The notes beneath the pieces were generated by a model, which saw only the letters and a list, made by a program, of their open reading frames with translations, had not been told where the DNA came from and ran no database searches. A stretch of DNA of 62,679 nt, the filler included, from Rhabdomonas costata (lineage: Eukaryota), in the NCBI GenBank assembly GCA_019059605.1. It is 35 parts of 35 records of this genome, joined end to end, with 100 filler letters (N's around TTAATTAATTAA, not from the genome) between each part and the next. Parts side by side here need not be neighbours in the genome. Positions count along the whole stretch, not along the records: positions 37,693 to 39,386 come from JAHMHO010010542.1; positions 39,487 to 41,180 come from JAHMHO010010543.1; positions 41,281 to 42,975 come from JAHMHO010010544.1; positions 43,076 to 44,767 come from JAHMHO010010545.1; positions 44,868 to 46,561 come from JAHMHO010010546.1; positions 46,662 to 48,355 come from JAHMHO010010547.1; positions 48,456 to 50,148 come from JAHMHO010010548.1; 28 more parts are not named here. One strand, written 5' to 3'. Position numbers and translations under genes: made by a program. This document shows positions 38,861 to 50,148 of the stretch, in pieces; position 1 is the first letter of the stretch; each line of letters starts with the position of its first letter.

Positions 38861-39345
38861 CTGTCGACCGGGCAAGCGCAAGCAGTCACATACCTTGTTG
38901 CAAGAACACCCTTAGGAGGTTCCAATTCACCTCGGTTTCCCACCGACCCTGCGTGAGCACAAAAAGCTCTTCAGTCTCTCCACCGTGAGAAGCAGGGAAA
39001 AAAGAAAAAAGGTCGAAAAGCTTGCTCCATTACCCAAAGCTGATGCTACATTCCGATACGCGTGCAGCAGAGCCAACCGTTCGAGAGGGTAACAAAAAAA
39101 AAACGCAGTGAGAGCTCAGATGCAGAGTGCGTTGCGCAAATAAGTGAAAGGATGTGCAAGGAACGTGACGTGCTCCGCTCAGGACTCGTCATCTGCGTTC
39201 ACCCCGAGTCTGCTCCGAGATTTGATGATTGGAATCTGATGGCGTTTTCAGGTCACGAATCACTCACCTGCCAAAGCCTGCCGGTTTTGCTGACCTCCTC
39301 CAACCTCGTCTTTTATGGGTCGCCAGTATAAGAAAAGGTTTACCA

Positions 39346-39365
39346 GCTGCTGCTGCTGCTGCTGC
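39346..39365 (+). repeat. (GCT)n microsatellite
   Basis: About six tandem GCT units. Confidence 0.85.
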
Positions 39366-40865
39366 GCCTTGCACTCCACAAACCCCNNNNNNNNNNNNNN
39401 NNNNNNNNNNNNNNNNNNNNNNNNNNNNNNTTAATTAATTAANNNNNNNNNNNNNNNNNNNNNNNNNNNNNNNNNNNNNNNNNNNNTGAAAAAAACAGAC
39501 GAAAGATTCCGGAGTAAAAACGTTGGCCAGAAGTTCGGAGCATTGGGGAGGAAGTGCGCGCTTCCAGAGAACTGTCGCTCCTTCTTGCAGGTGATGCGGG
39601 TGATTTCGACGACCTGGCTGGAGTGTGCAAACTTTGGTGGCAGCAAGGCCACTTGCGCCTTCAATAGCATGTATGCCTCCTTAGCTGAGGAAGGTCATGG
39701 TAAATCACGCAGCGTTTTGGGGAATACTGGACAGAGCAATAAACCATGCCCCCTCTGCTCTGATGGGGTGGGGTGAAGAGAAGGGGCTGTGGGATGCAAG
39801 GCGTAGATGTGATAAAGGCGCTGAGTGAGGCCACTCTTTCATCTTGATTTTTCCTGATCTGTAAAATGCATTTCATGAAGCTGAGAAGAATGCGGGGATG
39901 CGCTTGGATGCATTAGGAAAGTGCGGCTCAGCATTTTTGCAGTTCTTATTTTGGTGCATATTCTCAGAGTATCAGGGCTTCAACTGTTTGTGAAAGGGAA
40001 ATCTCAGTGCATACCGGAAGTGGGAGAGAATAGAAGAACACCGTTGGAGGTGGGGGACCGTCTTGTCCCACAGATGGCAATGTTCCACCGATGTCCGCTC
40101 CCGGAACAGTGTCCTTGGGACCCATCCGGGTCCCTTCCATGTAATGTTCATGCTTTTCTTGCCGCTGCTGGCAGTACTTGTTCTGTTGCACGATGGCGAG
40201 GACCCGGCCGCCACCTGAGCACACTCATTGTGATGGTGGTGCGCTTGAGTGGGGACGGCGTCTTGATGAACCTTTCACTGATATACATGTGCTTGTAGCC
40301 GGTGTCTTTCTCAAAATCACGGTACACGCTTTTTCTCCGGTGGTCCTCTTTGGTGGATTTGTCGCTTTTGGCTCCTTCAAGACCACCCATACATGTTCCC
40401 TGAATAGGCACAAGTAGCACCCCGGCGTATTTTCTGTTTTCAGGGTTCTGTGTGGATTATATGGGTTTTCGGCCCCAGCTATTGCCCCGACCCGTTTCTG
40501 CACACCTCACTTGCAGCCTGTTCCACATATCGTGCGTGTGGAGAAACGCTGGCGACTCTCTCCAAATGTCCCTTGGAGGTGGCCTGAGCCTCCGGGGGCA
40601 GCAGTTCAGTGGGGTATTCAGAGCAAGATTTCATCATCGTGTTCACACATCTTCATTGTTCAGAGTTCGCAAGAAGGAGTAGGGCGAACGTGAAGAAGAG
40701 ACTCACAAGCGTCCAGAAGAGGGATTGCAGTTCCGATTCCGGTGCAGAACAAAGGAGAAGAAAACCTGTCTTGTTTGCTGGAGGGTATTAGCTTGTTCCT
40801 GCTTGTATGTGGCGCGACATGTGCACACAGACTTCGGTTTTCTATTGTTTTGAATGACTGCCAAG

Positions 40866-41087
40866 CGGGAGCTCGCGGTGGAAGTTCTCCGCGCCCGGCT
40901 GGAATCCCCCGCAACGGTATGTGCAAAGGTCCAGCTGGGAGACCAGCCCACCGGCGCCACAAGGTACAGCGACAGAACTGCAACCCCGGCGTGGAACCAA
41001 ACCTTCCGCTTTCCTGTGAATGATCCCTCCATTGAGAAGCTGAGAGTGGTTCTGCTGAGCTCCCGCAGGCTTCTTCCCGACCGCGAA
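40866..41087 (+). CDS. C2-domain exon
   Basis: ELAVEVLRARL...CAKVQLG...TATPAWNQTFRFPV...KLRVVL: C2 beta-strands with PxWNxxFxF; donor GAA|GTGTGC. Could alternatively start at ATG 40854. Confidence 0.8.
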
Positions 41088-41310
41088 GTGTGCTGACTTT
41101 GGACTTTATTCTCGCTCCTCACCGTTGTCATCCGAAAATCTCTAAGCGATGCTGGAAACGCGAAAAACACGAAAAAGATGNNNNNNNNNNNNNNNNNNNN
41201 NNNNNNNNNNNNNNNNNNNNNNNNTTAATTAATTAANNNNNNNNNNNNNNNNNNNNNNNNNNNNNNNNNNNNNNNNNNNNTGTAGTGGTTTCTGTGCTTT
41301 CGGAAGCAAA

Positions 41311-42363
41311 ATGCAACCCTTGGCTTGCTCACCGCACGACCAGGTGAGCAAAGAAAAGCTGCACGACGACGGCGAGCACCTTTTGGTTGGCCAAAGCAGC
41401 GGCGATATCGTCCTTTGCCCGGACGAGATATTCTTTCAGCTTCACCGGTGGGAGCAGCCCGGCGACGTGCTGGTGATGGTGCACGGGTTGATGTCCAGCT
41501 CCCAGACTTTTGCTGGGGTGATACCGCTGTTTCCTCCGGAGCTGCGCATATTGCTCTATGACCAGCGGGGGCATGGTCAAACCCCAGAGAAGGGACTGGA
41601 GCTCTCGCCCGTTCAGCTTGCCAGGGACTTAGCTGGGCTCCTGGATTTCCTCGGGGTTGCCGCGGTGCACCTTTTAGGGCACTCCTTTGGCGCGGTCACG
41701 GCACTGGCCTTTGCGGAGCGCCACGCTTCCAGGGTGCTGTCTTTGACACTTGAGGATATGGGGGTTCGGCGGTGCCCCCAACCTCAGCTTCCCTTGGAGG
41801 TGATCCGCGCCGAGGCCCTTCTTGCCCAGCAGCTATACCGCCCTTTCTTTGTCTCCCGAGAGGAAGCGCAGAGTTACCTTACGCGGTTCTGCGGAAAGCC
41901 CCGCTTCGGGCGCGGCCGCAGTGACATCCTGGAGAATCCCGACGGGACTTTCTCGCTAAGCTTTAAGCCCCACGTCGCCATCATGTACCACCACCCCTGC
42001 CTCCGCTCCGACTTCTCTGAGGTTATCGAGGGCGAGGTCTTCCCCGTGCTGGTCTTGGTGGCCAGGTCCGAAGAGTGCTGTGTGCCCCCGGAGGAAGTGA
42101 AGTTTATTCGAAGCCGGTGCCCCAGTGCGGAGGTGGTGTTTGTAGAGGGGGCGAAGCACAGCATCCACAAGACTCATCCGGAGGAGTTTGTGAAGGCCGT
42201 TGTGCGGTTGATTTCCTGGGTAAGACCCTTGACATCGTCCTTTTGCGAGGTTGTGAGTTCAGAGGCACGAGTGGCAGACGCAACTCCCCAAGCTTCGGAG
42301 GGAGCTGCAGACGAAGGGTTTGACGTTTTTGACGTTCTTGCTTTTCTTGGGGAAGCACCTTGA
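41311..42363 (+). CDS. Alpha/beta-fold hydrolase (esterase/lipase-like), complete and intronless, 350 aa
   Basis: VMVHG oxyanion motif, YDQRGHG, nucleophile elbow GHSFG and C-terminal catalytic His region GAKHSIH. Confidence 0.92.
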   Translation: MQPLACSPHDQVSKEKLHDDGEHLLVGQSSGDIVLCPDEIFFQLHRWEQPGDVLVMVHGLMSSSQTFAGVIPLFPPELRILLYDQRGHGQTPEKGLELSPVQLARDLAGLLDFLGVAAVHLLGHSFGAVTALAFAERHASRVLSLTLEDMGVRRCPQPQLPLEVIRAEALLAQQLYRPFFVSREEAQSYLTRFCGKPRFGRGRSDILENPDGTFSLSFKPHVAIMYHHPCLRSDFSEVIEGEVFPVLVLVARSEECCVPPEEVKFIRSRCPSAEVVFVEGAKHSIHKTHPEEFVKAVVRLISWVRPLTSSFCEVVSSEARVADATPQASEGAADEGFDVFDVLAFLGEAP

Positions 42364-42578
42364 CACTATAAACAGCAAGGCATCACCTTCCCCCTTTCTC
42401 CCTCCTCCCTCTAACTTTCGCTGGCTGGCTGGGTATGGGACGCCCGCGCAGGGTGGCGTTGTTTACTTTGCGCACTTTGATTCGTGTTCCTCGCCGCCTT
42501 TTCTTTCCCTTCCACATCTCTCCACCGCCTTCACCGCGGCCCTTATTTTTACCCACGTTTTACCCACTTCCAACGCCC

Positions 42579-42627
42579 GTCTAATCTAACGTCTAACGTT
42601 AGAGGGGCGTTAGACGTTAGATTAGAC
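42579..42627. repeat. Internal perfect inverted repeat (20-bp arms, 9-nt loop)
   Basis: GTCTAATCTAACGTCTAACG-ttagagggg-CGTTAGACGTTAGATTAGAC. Confidence 0.95.
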
Positions 42628-45600
42628 AGACGTTCTTCCTGGGATTACAATAGAAGCTTTGTAGGGGTTAGGAAGGCGGCACACGCCAGTCCCCCAACTG
42701 TGCATGACCCCAAGTCTGAAACATCGCAGCAAATGCGTACTGTATTCAGTTCTTTCAACTTGTGCCCTCGCAGGGGCGCGCACGCGGCCCATACGTTCTC
42801 CCCATTTTCGGCTGGTCCAATCGCGACGGATTTCCGCGTTTCCGCGCCTGATGAGAGCAGCTCGTTTGGGAGCTGGTATTTCCCGTTTGGCGAACTCGCA
42901 CTCAATCAAGCAGAAGACATTGAGAAAAACCTCGGGCGAGCCGCACAACAGACCGTCATCGAGGTACCCAAAACCNNNNNNNNNNNNNNNNNNNNNNNNN
43001 NNNNNNNNNNNNNNNNNNNTTAATTAATTAANNNNNNNNNNNNNNNNNNNNNNNNNNNNNNNNNNNNNNNNNNNNGTGTGGGTGTGTTTGGGGGGGTGGG
43101 GGCTTGAAACCTTACGCTCCACTATCCCAGCAAGCCGCCGCAAAAAAAAAGTTGAACAGATCGGATTAATTTGAACTGTGAAAATTTTTTTCGAACGCAC
43201 CTAATTTGAATCAACCTAATTTGAATGAACAGAAAACTAAGCAACAGGCGGCCGCAACACAAAAAAAGCGAAAAGCAGAGTTAAACTCGAAATAAGGATG
43301 TATAGAATCAAAATTCACTGTATCGTTTCGTTCATTCAAAGTTTCCCGTTTGCTTTTGTGGTTGAAAAACTTTTTCAAATTCCCTGCCTTCAAGTTGTTC
43401 CGATTCATTCACACAGACACAACAATAAAAACAAAAATTAAATTATTAGAAAAAACACTGCAAATAAATATCGTGCAGTTTTTTTTGACTTTCATATCAT
43501 GCATTCGATGAACACAAGCCACCAAGGTCGCCAGAGTAGGCAAGCACTACAGACGAATGCTCATGACATCTTTTCTCTCAAGGGTTTGGTTCCGTTTGGT
43601 GCCAAAAGAAAAAGATGGATAGTGGGGATTATTTAGGTATGCGCTATGAATACTGTGTGTACTATTTATGGATCAACACTGAACAGTGCGCACTTTACAT
43701 AAAATGTAATTTGTGTAGGTGGCGTCATCCATGTTGGAATAGTGGGCATTATCCAAGTATACCCATTTGTGAATAGTGTGGCACTTTTTTTCGAAATTTA
43801 CAATGCAATAGGAGCAGCACCATACGTTTCCAAAATAAGCTGGGAAAGAGCGAAAATGTTTTTAACTTAATGAATGTTATTGAAATCAGCTTTGCCTTAG
43901 GGGAATGACCAGAATAGCCAGGTTTCGTTGGGTTTGTAGGTCGCTCCCGTCCAGCCTCCATCTCCCGTCCTTACGCCAGCAAGGGGACCTCCAGTATGTT
44001 GGGGTTTTGAAGTCGTTTGAAACCGAGGGGGATAAATATGGTTGACAATACCTGTTCGTCAAGCGAAGTGTGCCAGAAGCGCCACCTCTAGGAGGATCCG
44101 TGGATGAACATCTGCCTGGCGTCGCTCACTTGGTCAAGGCCATATCGGAACCCTTGCGGAATGTTGCCCCAGGTTCAACTATGCGAAGTAAACGAAAAGG
44201 AAGGAGAGAGTGAAAGCAAAGGAAGTGTTGGGCCGTTGGGCCATTTGATTTCCGGATCAATCTGCACCGTGAGCAAGGAAGAAGTGAAAAGCCTTGCAGA
44301 GGCGGTTGAGCAAGTGAAACTGTGCTCCAAGAAAGAGTGTGTTTCTCGGGAATGGTGCATTCTTCTTCATCAAGCTTGGACAGTACCTTCATCGTTCCTG
44401 TGCCATCTGGCAAAAAGAAGAGAGGGAGGGGAGTTGATGAAGTGGGGAAAGTGAGAATTCCGAGGCAGAGGGGGTTCCATTTGTCGGCAATATTAGATGC
44501 TGGCACATAAAGGCAAGCCAAATGTAAGCGCTCCCACAACCCCGCTGTTGCCAATGCCACAGTGAGGAAGGACGTTTTGCTGCCTCGATTTTGTGATGTG
44601 AAGCAGCAACCTCGCGGGCGAATCAACCCTGTATCACGGCAGAAGAGCTCTGTACGCCTTCGGGAAGCGTAGATAAAAGCCAGATGGGCAAGGGCCGTTC
44701 CCTGAGACCCGACCCCGGGCGCCGCCGCCGTGATGACAACAAGGCCTGGGAAGCCGGACCACAAAAANNNNNNNNNNNNNNNNNNNNNNNNNNNNNNNNN
44801 NNNNNNNNNNNTTAATTAATTAANNNNNNNNNNNNNNNNNNNNNNNNNNNNNNNNNNNNNNNNNNNNTCAAGCTCGTTGTCCTGGTGGTTGGCTTGATGG
44901 TTAGATGGGTCCCGGCCGACACGTGGGAATTTCGGCCTTGGTATCTTTGGGGATTTCATGCGTCGGTTTTCGAGCGTTTGGTCTTTTAGGTTGGCCTTCC
45001 TTGGTTTCCCGCGCATGGTTCTTGGCTTTTCTGGCGTGTGTGTGTGTGTTTAAGGTTCCTGTGTTGGAGTTGGCGGCTCTGTCTCCAAGGCATTACGGGT
45101 TCTGGGTTCATGTGGTGGTTTATGAGATTTTTCACTGGCTTGCAAATGTGGGGTTGGGGTTCTGGATGAAATGGAAGTGGGATGGGTTGAACGGTGTCGA
45201 TGGGGTTACGTGTGTGTGTGTCTGTGTGTGTGCCGCGGAATTGGTCAGAGCTTACTAAATGTGCGGTGGGGTTTGTCGGTACGGTGCTGGATGATTGGGT
45301 TTGCATGTCTAACCAAGTAGAACTAGAGGTGTATGGGTGGCTACCGGACAAGGTGGGTTTTGGTGGTGTGGTGTTGGGTGGGAGCATGGAACATGTGTGG
45401 TTGGGTGGTGGCTTCTGGTGTGTCGTGGCGTGTGCTGGGTAGGATTAGTGGGCTGGGTGCGTACTTTTGGTGATGGTGTAAGTGGTGTGGTGTGGCCTTT
45501 CTGCGTTTAAGTTTCCGCTATCCTCGATTGGGTTCCGTATTCGAGCGCTTGTGGTTTTGGTGGTGCTTGGCGGATAGTTGCTGATACTATGGGTGTACTT

Positions 45601-46949
45601 GGGGCTTGATGGGGTGTCGGTGTTGCTGGGTGTTGGTTGTGCGTGTGTGCGTGTTTGTGTGCGTGTGCGGTGTTGTGCGTGTGCGGTAAGGCGTTCCTTC
45701 TGTGTTGCTGTTCTTGTACGATGCTATGGGTGATGCTGGTTATTCCATTGTGGTGGGTCCATGGTGGTAATGGTGCTCTGGGTATTGCGATTGTGCATGG
45801 GTGTGTGGTTCGAGCGTATGTGGCTTCCGTGTGTTGCGTTGCCTTTTTTGCCGTTGGTTGTTCTGAATGGTTTGCATGCTATGACGCTGAGAAGTGAGAT
45901 TTCGAGGCGGCCTTGCTCTCCAACCACCCACAAGATCTTCTATCTTTTTGGAATCTGTTCACTGTGTATTTCATCTTGAGGCTCATGGACATTCTTATGT
46001 ACTCTTTGAAATACTTCTGTGAGCTGTTCTCTTTAAGGGCCGTCCTATGGGATCGCGATTGTGTCCGTAAAATACACCAAAACCATGGAGTGTCTACAAA
46101 GTACATTTGATGCTGGTATTAGCCATAATAGCCAAAAAGATATTTGAACACTTACACACAACTAATCAGAAAGCCAAAGAACAAGATATCAAATTCCATT
46201 CAGATATAGTTTTCTATATTGATCTGTAAAAGCGTAAACAACAAAAACAATAACAACAGAAGATTCTGTAAGATGAGGTGCCGTAAATTTATTGAAAAGA
46301 GGCTTCAATGGCAGCGGCGTAAGTGGGAGCCGAAGAGGCAAGCTGGCTAGCCGCCACCGGTCCAATGCGTGGCACCCGGGAAAGAGGAGATGAGCCAATC
46401 TGTTTGAAGTGGCTAGTCATTGCCGCAGCTACCTCTGGTGAGGTGGAGCTCGCCCGGGTGCGCTTTTTTAGATGAGATTCACACCCATCGCATTGAAGGC
46501 CGCTCATAACCGAGCGGTTGCAGCGAGTGCAAATCCACCACGGTGATCTCGACGCCACAAANNNNNNNNNNNNNNNNNNNNNNNNNNNNNNNNNNNNNNN
46601 NNNNNTTAATTAATTAANNNNNNNNNNNNNNNNNNNNNNNNNNNNNNNNNNNNNNNNNNNNGTTGTGTTGTCAACTACAAAATAGAAAGGGAGATCGCAC
46701 TTGGGGGCGTTTGGTGTACAACAGTGCCAAATGCAAAACGGGGCTTTGGTGGACGAGTGACAGAGCATTGCTGCGGCAGCGCCACTAGGGCCGGACAATC
46801 TCTGAGATGGAAGTTATCTGGAATGGGGCGATGCTACGTTTTGTGGCGCGAACGTTTAACACTCCCCTTGAATGCGACTGCCCCCCATACCCACAGAGAT
46901 GATAGGGGTTGCATCCTTCAGCCTCAAAACCTGCAAATCATTGCAGTAC

Positions 46950-48071
46950 CCAGCAGGACTCGTTGAAGCGCTGTGTGATCGTTTGGTGAAGTTGTGTGAG
47001 GGTAAAGGGTAAGTGAAATGCAGAAGGACCCACACATGTGATATACGCCCCCCTACCTCCCACCTCGCTTTCTTCTGATGCTTTATGGGTTTCATAAATA
47101 GGAAACCCCCCCGCCGCTAAGAATGCAATCCACCTCACGCAACGTGCTGCCATCGGTCAGGGGGTCGTTCATCAGAATGTTCTCGGGGTGGGAAAAGATA
47201 CACGAAATTCGTCAGGTTGCAAACACAAGAGGGTAGCACAGAGCAAGGGAAGAGCACCTGCACTCACTATTTCTCGCCATGAAAGCGAACGAAGCACCTG
47301 CCTGCATGCTTTCAAATGCTTGGTAGATCCTTCACCCACCAACTGACACACGCGGCGGTATTGTTGAAGAACAATGCAAAGCTCACTCGAGCAAAATCGA
47401 TCGCACAATACAACACAAGGCACTGCACAGCCACCCTTCTCCAGGAAGTCGACCAAGAATGCTGCTCTGCTTGCAAAGACAGAAATACACACCTTCAGGT
47501 CGCAGTGAAACACGTGCATCACGTCGTGAATGTAGGCCAGCCCCCGCAGCGCGTGCTTCGCAATGCTCTTCACCCGGTGCACAGGAATACCTACAGGGAT
47601 GGTAGGGGAAAGAGTTAAATGTGTACCTGAACAGGAAGCCCATCCGCACGCCTACCAATTCAATCGCTGAGACGCACACACACGTCACCTCGTTCTCGAG
47701 GAAGGGGTGAAACAAGAGGAACGCTGAAGAGCAGGTCCGACATAAGGAATCGTGATACCCATGCCAACAGTGGTGTCGGCAACTTCGAAAGAATTAAAGA
47801 AGGTACGATAAGAGAACTGGAATAAGAGCATCAAATATGTGGAAAATGATGAACTGGAAGAGGGGGAATTCGGGGGAAGAGGAAATAATCGTGGCAGCCT
47901 TCACACCCTTGTAGGTGAGGGAACCATTGGGGTTGGTGATCAGCGAGAGCAGGTCGTGCCCGAGCACCTCGAACACCATAATGACGTTGACTCCTCCTGC
48001 GACCCGGGCCTCGAAGCTGTCCATCATCCGGATCACCGCGTGATGGAACCCTCCGGGCACGTCCCAGGCAC
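46950..48071 (-). CDS. SRPK: SR-protein kinase (SRPK family), subdomains IV-VII (exons 48071-47907, 47590-47493, 47187-47139, 46970-46950)
   Basis: IRMMDSF...VIMVFEVLGHDLLSLI...YKGIPVHRVKSIAKHALRGLAYIHDVMHVFHCDLK|PENILM...QRVLL; phases consistent; one acceptor reads CAC. Confidence 0.9.
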
Positions 48072-48799
48072 CTGCCGCCCCCACAAGGAAACCAACTAAT
48101 CAACTTACCGGCAGAGTAGAGCACGCAAAAAACCCGAACAAACAAGCCATTCTAAAAGCAAAATGCTGTACGAGGGGCAACAGGTCTTTCTATCTCATGT
48201 AATGCCAGCCCTGCTTTTCCCCTCCGTTTCTCCGAAAGGCTAATAGCAACCATTCGAACAGCATCCCGTCTCCTCCCTCTCAAGAAGAGCAAGACTGAAC
48301 ACAAAACAAGCGAAGATGGCGGTCAATTTCGCACCCCCCCCCTCCCCTATTCGCTNNNNNNNNNNNNNNNNNNNNNNNNNNNNNNNNNNNNNNNNNNNNT
48401 TAATTAATTAANNNNNNNNNNNNNNNNNNNNNNNNNNNNNNNNNNNNNNNNNNNNTTTGTGCAGGTATCTTCACGAACTCCAGACCGAGTCATGCCGCAG
48501 CTACCAATGGAACCAATGACAACCAATGGGAAACGCATTGTTGAATTTCAAGAAAACCTCCTTCTCCCTTTGGGTTTGCCGCCAGCTGCATCGTTTGCTT
48601 TCCTTGGTGTGCTTTGTATGGTATGCCCCGCCCTTTTCGCTTTGTTTGCCCCTTGCGTTGCACCCCGTTCACAGTCGCGGAAACGTTGGTCACATCCTCT
48701 AAGGGTTCGGGTTGGGAGTGGTCCCAAATGAAATCTCTTCTTTGAAAATTTTCTCTGTTGCCTCGAAACAGGTGTCGGCTGCCTTTCCTTCTACCATAG

Positions 48800-50148
48800 G
48801 TTTCATAACCCCAACATCACCGCTTTCGCGGAGCTCATAATGTCTGTCGATACGGTTGAGAGGCTATTGACTTTGATGATGAACGACCTGGCAGTGAACG
48901 TACGAACCCCCAGCCCCCCTTCTTGTTTGCCACAAGAAAACTGGCATTTACTTGTGTGCTCTTTTTGCTCTTCCACAGCAAAAGAGCGTGCTCTTCTCCG
49001 AGGGTACCAACCTTCTCATTTCTGTAATTGACTCTCTGGTTCGTCGAGAAGAGATGGCCCGCACCCTCAGCCAGGCATGCACCCCCTTCACGCTCCCCCC
49101 CGTGGGCGGGCCGGAGGGCTTGCGCGTGTCTGGGGGGGGGGGGTGCGAATTACTGAGCGAATGCGTTTGACGCCTGCACCCAGCAGACAAACAGGCCACA
49201 AGCGTGATCTGCCAACAGCAGCTTTCGCTCACTTGTACGCACACGCACTGGCTGTGGGTACGTGCTCAGGAAAGTGCCGAAAGCACCGCGGAGGTCACTG
49301 CCTCCTCCTCCCCTCCGCGAGATGCTGATGCCGAAGAACACCAAATCGACCGCACCATTGGTGCGATCCTCGCTCGCAGCGAGGAGTTGGTTGTGTTTTG
49401 CGTGACCCAGGGGTATGGCTGTTCCCTTTTTTCCATTTGATTTGGACCTTTCCGTTCTATCCTCGGTTCTTCTGCTTTGTTCTCCTCTCCAGCCATTGGA
49501 AAGCATTGAGCTGTCATGGACGACGCTCAGCCCTCCTTTGGGTCTATCCAGGCTGAAAACGGTGGAGCTTTTGTTGGTTCTCCTGAAAACCAAGAAGCGA
49601 CACGTCGAGGACACCTTGATTGCGTTGAATGTCTTGCCCACGTGTGTGGGATTAATGTTCACCTTTGACATGAACAACTTGCTTCACATTCTGGTCGACG
49701 AAATGGTGATCTCCGCCCTAGTCTCGGGAAACCCGGCGCTGGTGGCGTGCTTGTTTCAAGGCTGCAACCTGCTGGAGCGGATTCTCGACGCCGTCAGCGA
49801 CGACCGCCCCGCTCCTCAGGCAACCTCAGAGCCTCCGTCATCAATGGACTCGCCAGTGAAGGCGCCCGAGATGGAGCCGGAGTCCACCATTCAAGAGGCC
49901 CCTGACCAGTCTGGGCCAACAGCGGAGTCCTCTTCTCCTGTTGTCCCAGAGGGTGACTGTGGCATGGCCACCGCGTGCTCGGCTTCGGGCCACGAGAGCT
50001 CGGCCCCGCCAGAGGTGGCGGAGACGCCCTCGTGCGCAGAGTCTTCAGGGCCTTTAGCTGACACAGCGGCATTGACTGCCTTGAACGCCTCTAACCTCTC
50101 AGAGAGTAGCTCCGACGCACCCAGCCCCCCAACCCCACACCCAACACA
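48800..50148 (+). CDS. SAPS-domain protein (PP6/SIT4 regulatory subunit), partial
   Basis: SWTTLSPPLGLSRLKTVELL...LMFTFDMNNLLHILV matches the SAPS PxGxxRL and NNxLH motifs; upstream exons 48800-48899, 48979-49074 (GC donor), 49270-about 49412. Confidence 0.85.

Noticed and set aside
49390-49503. Non-canonical intron in the SAPS gene
   Set aside because: Canonical in-phase solutions exist (GT 49413 to AG 49503, or GT 49402 to AG 49492).
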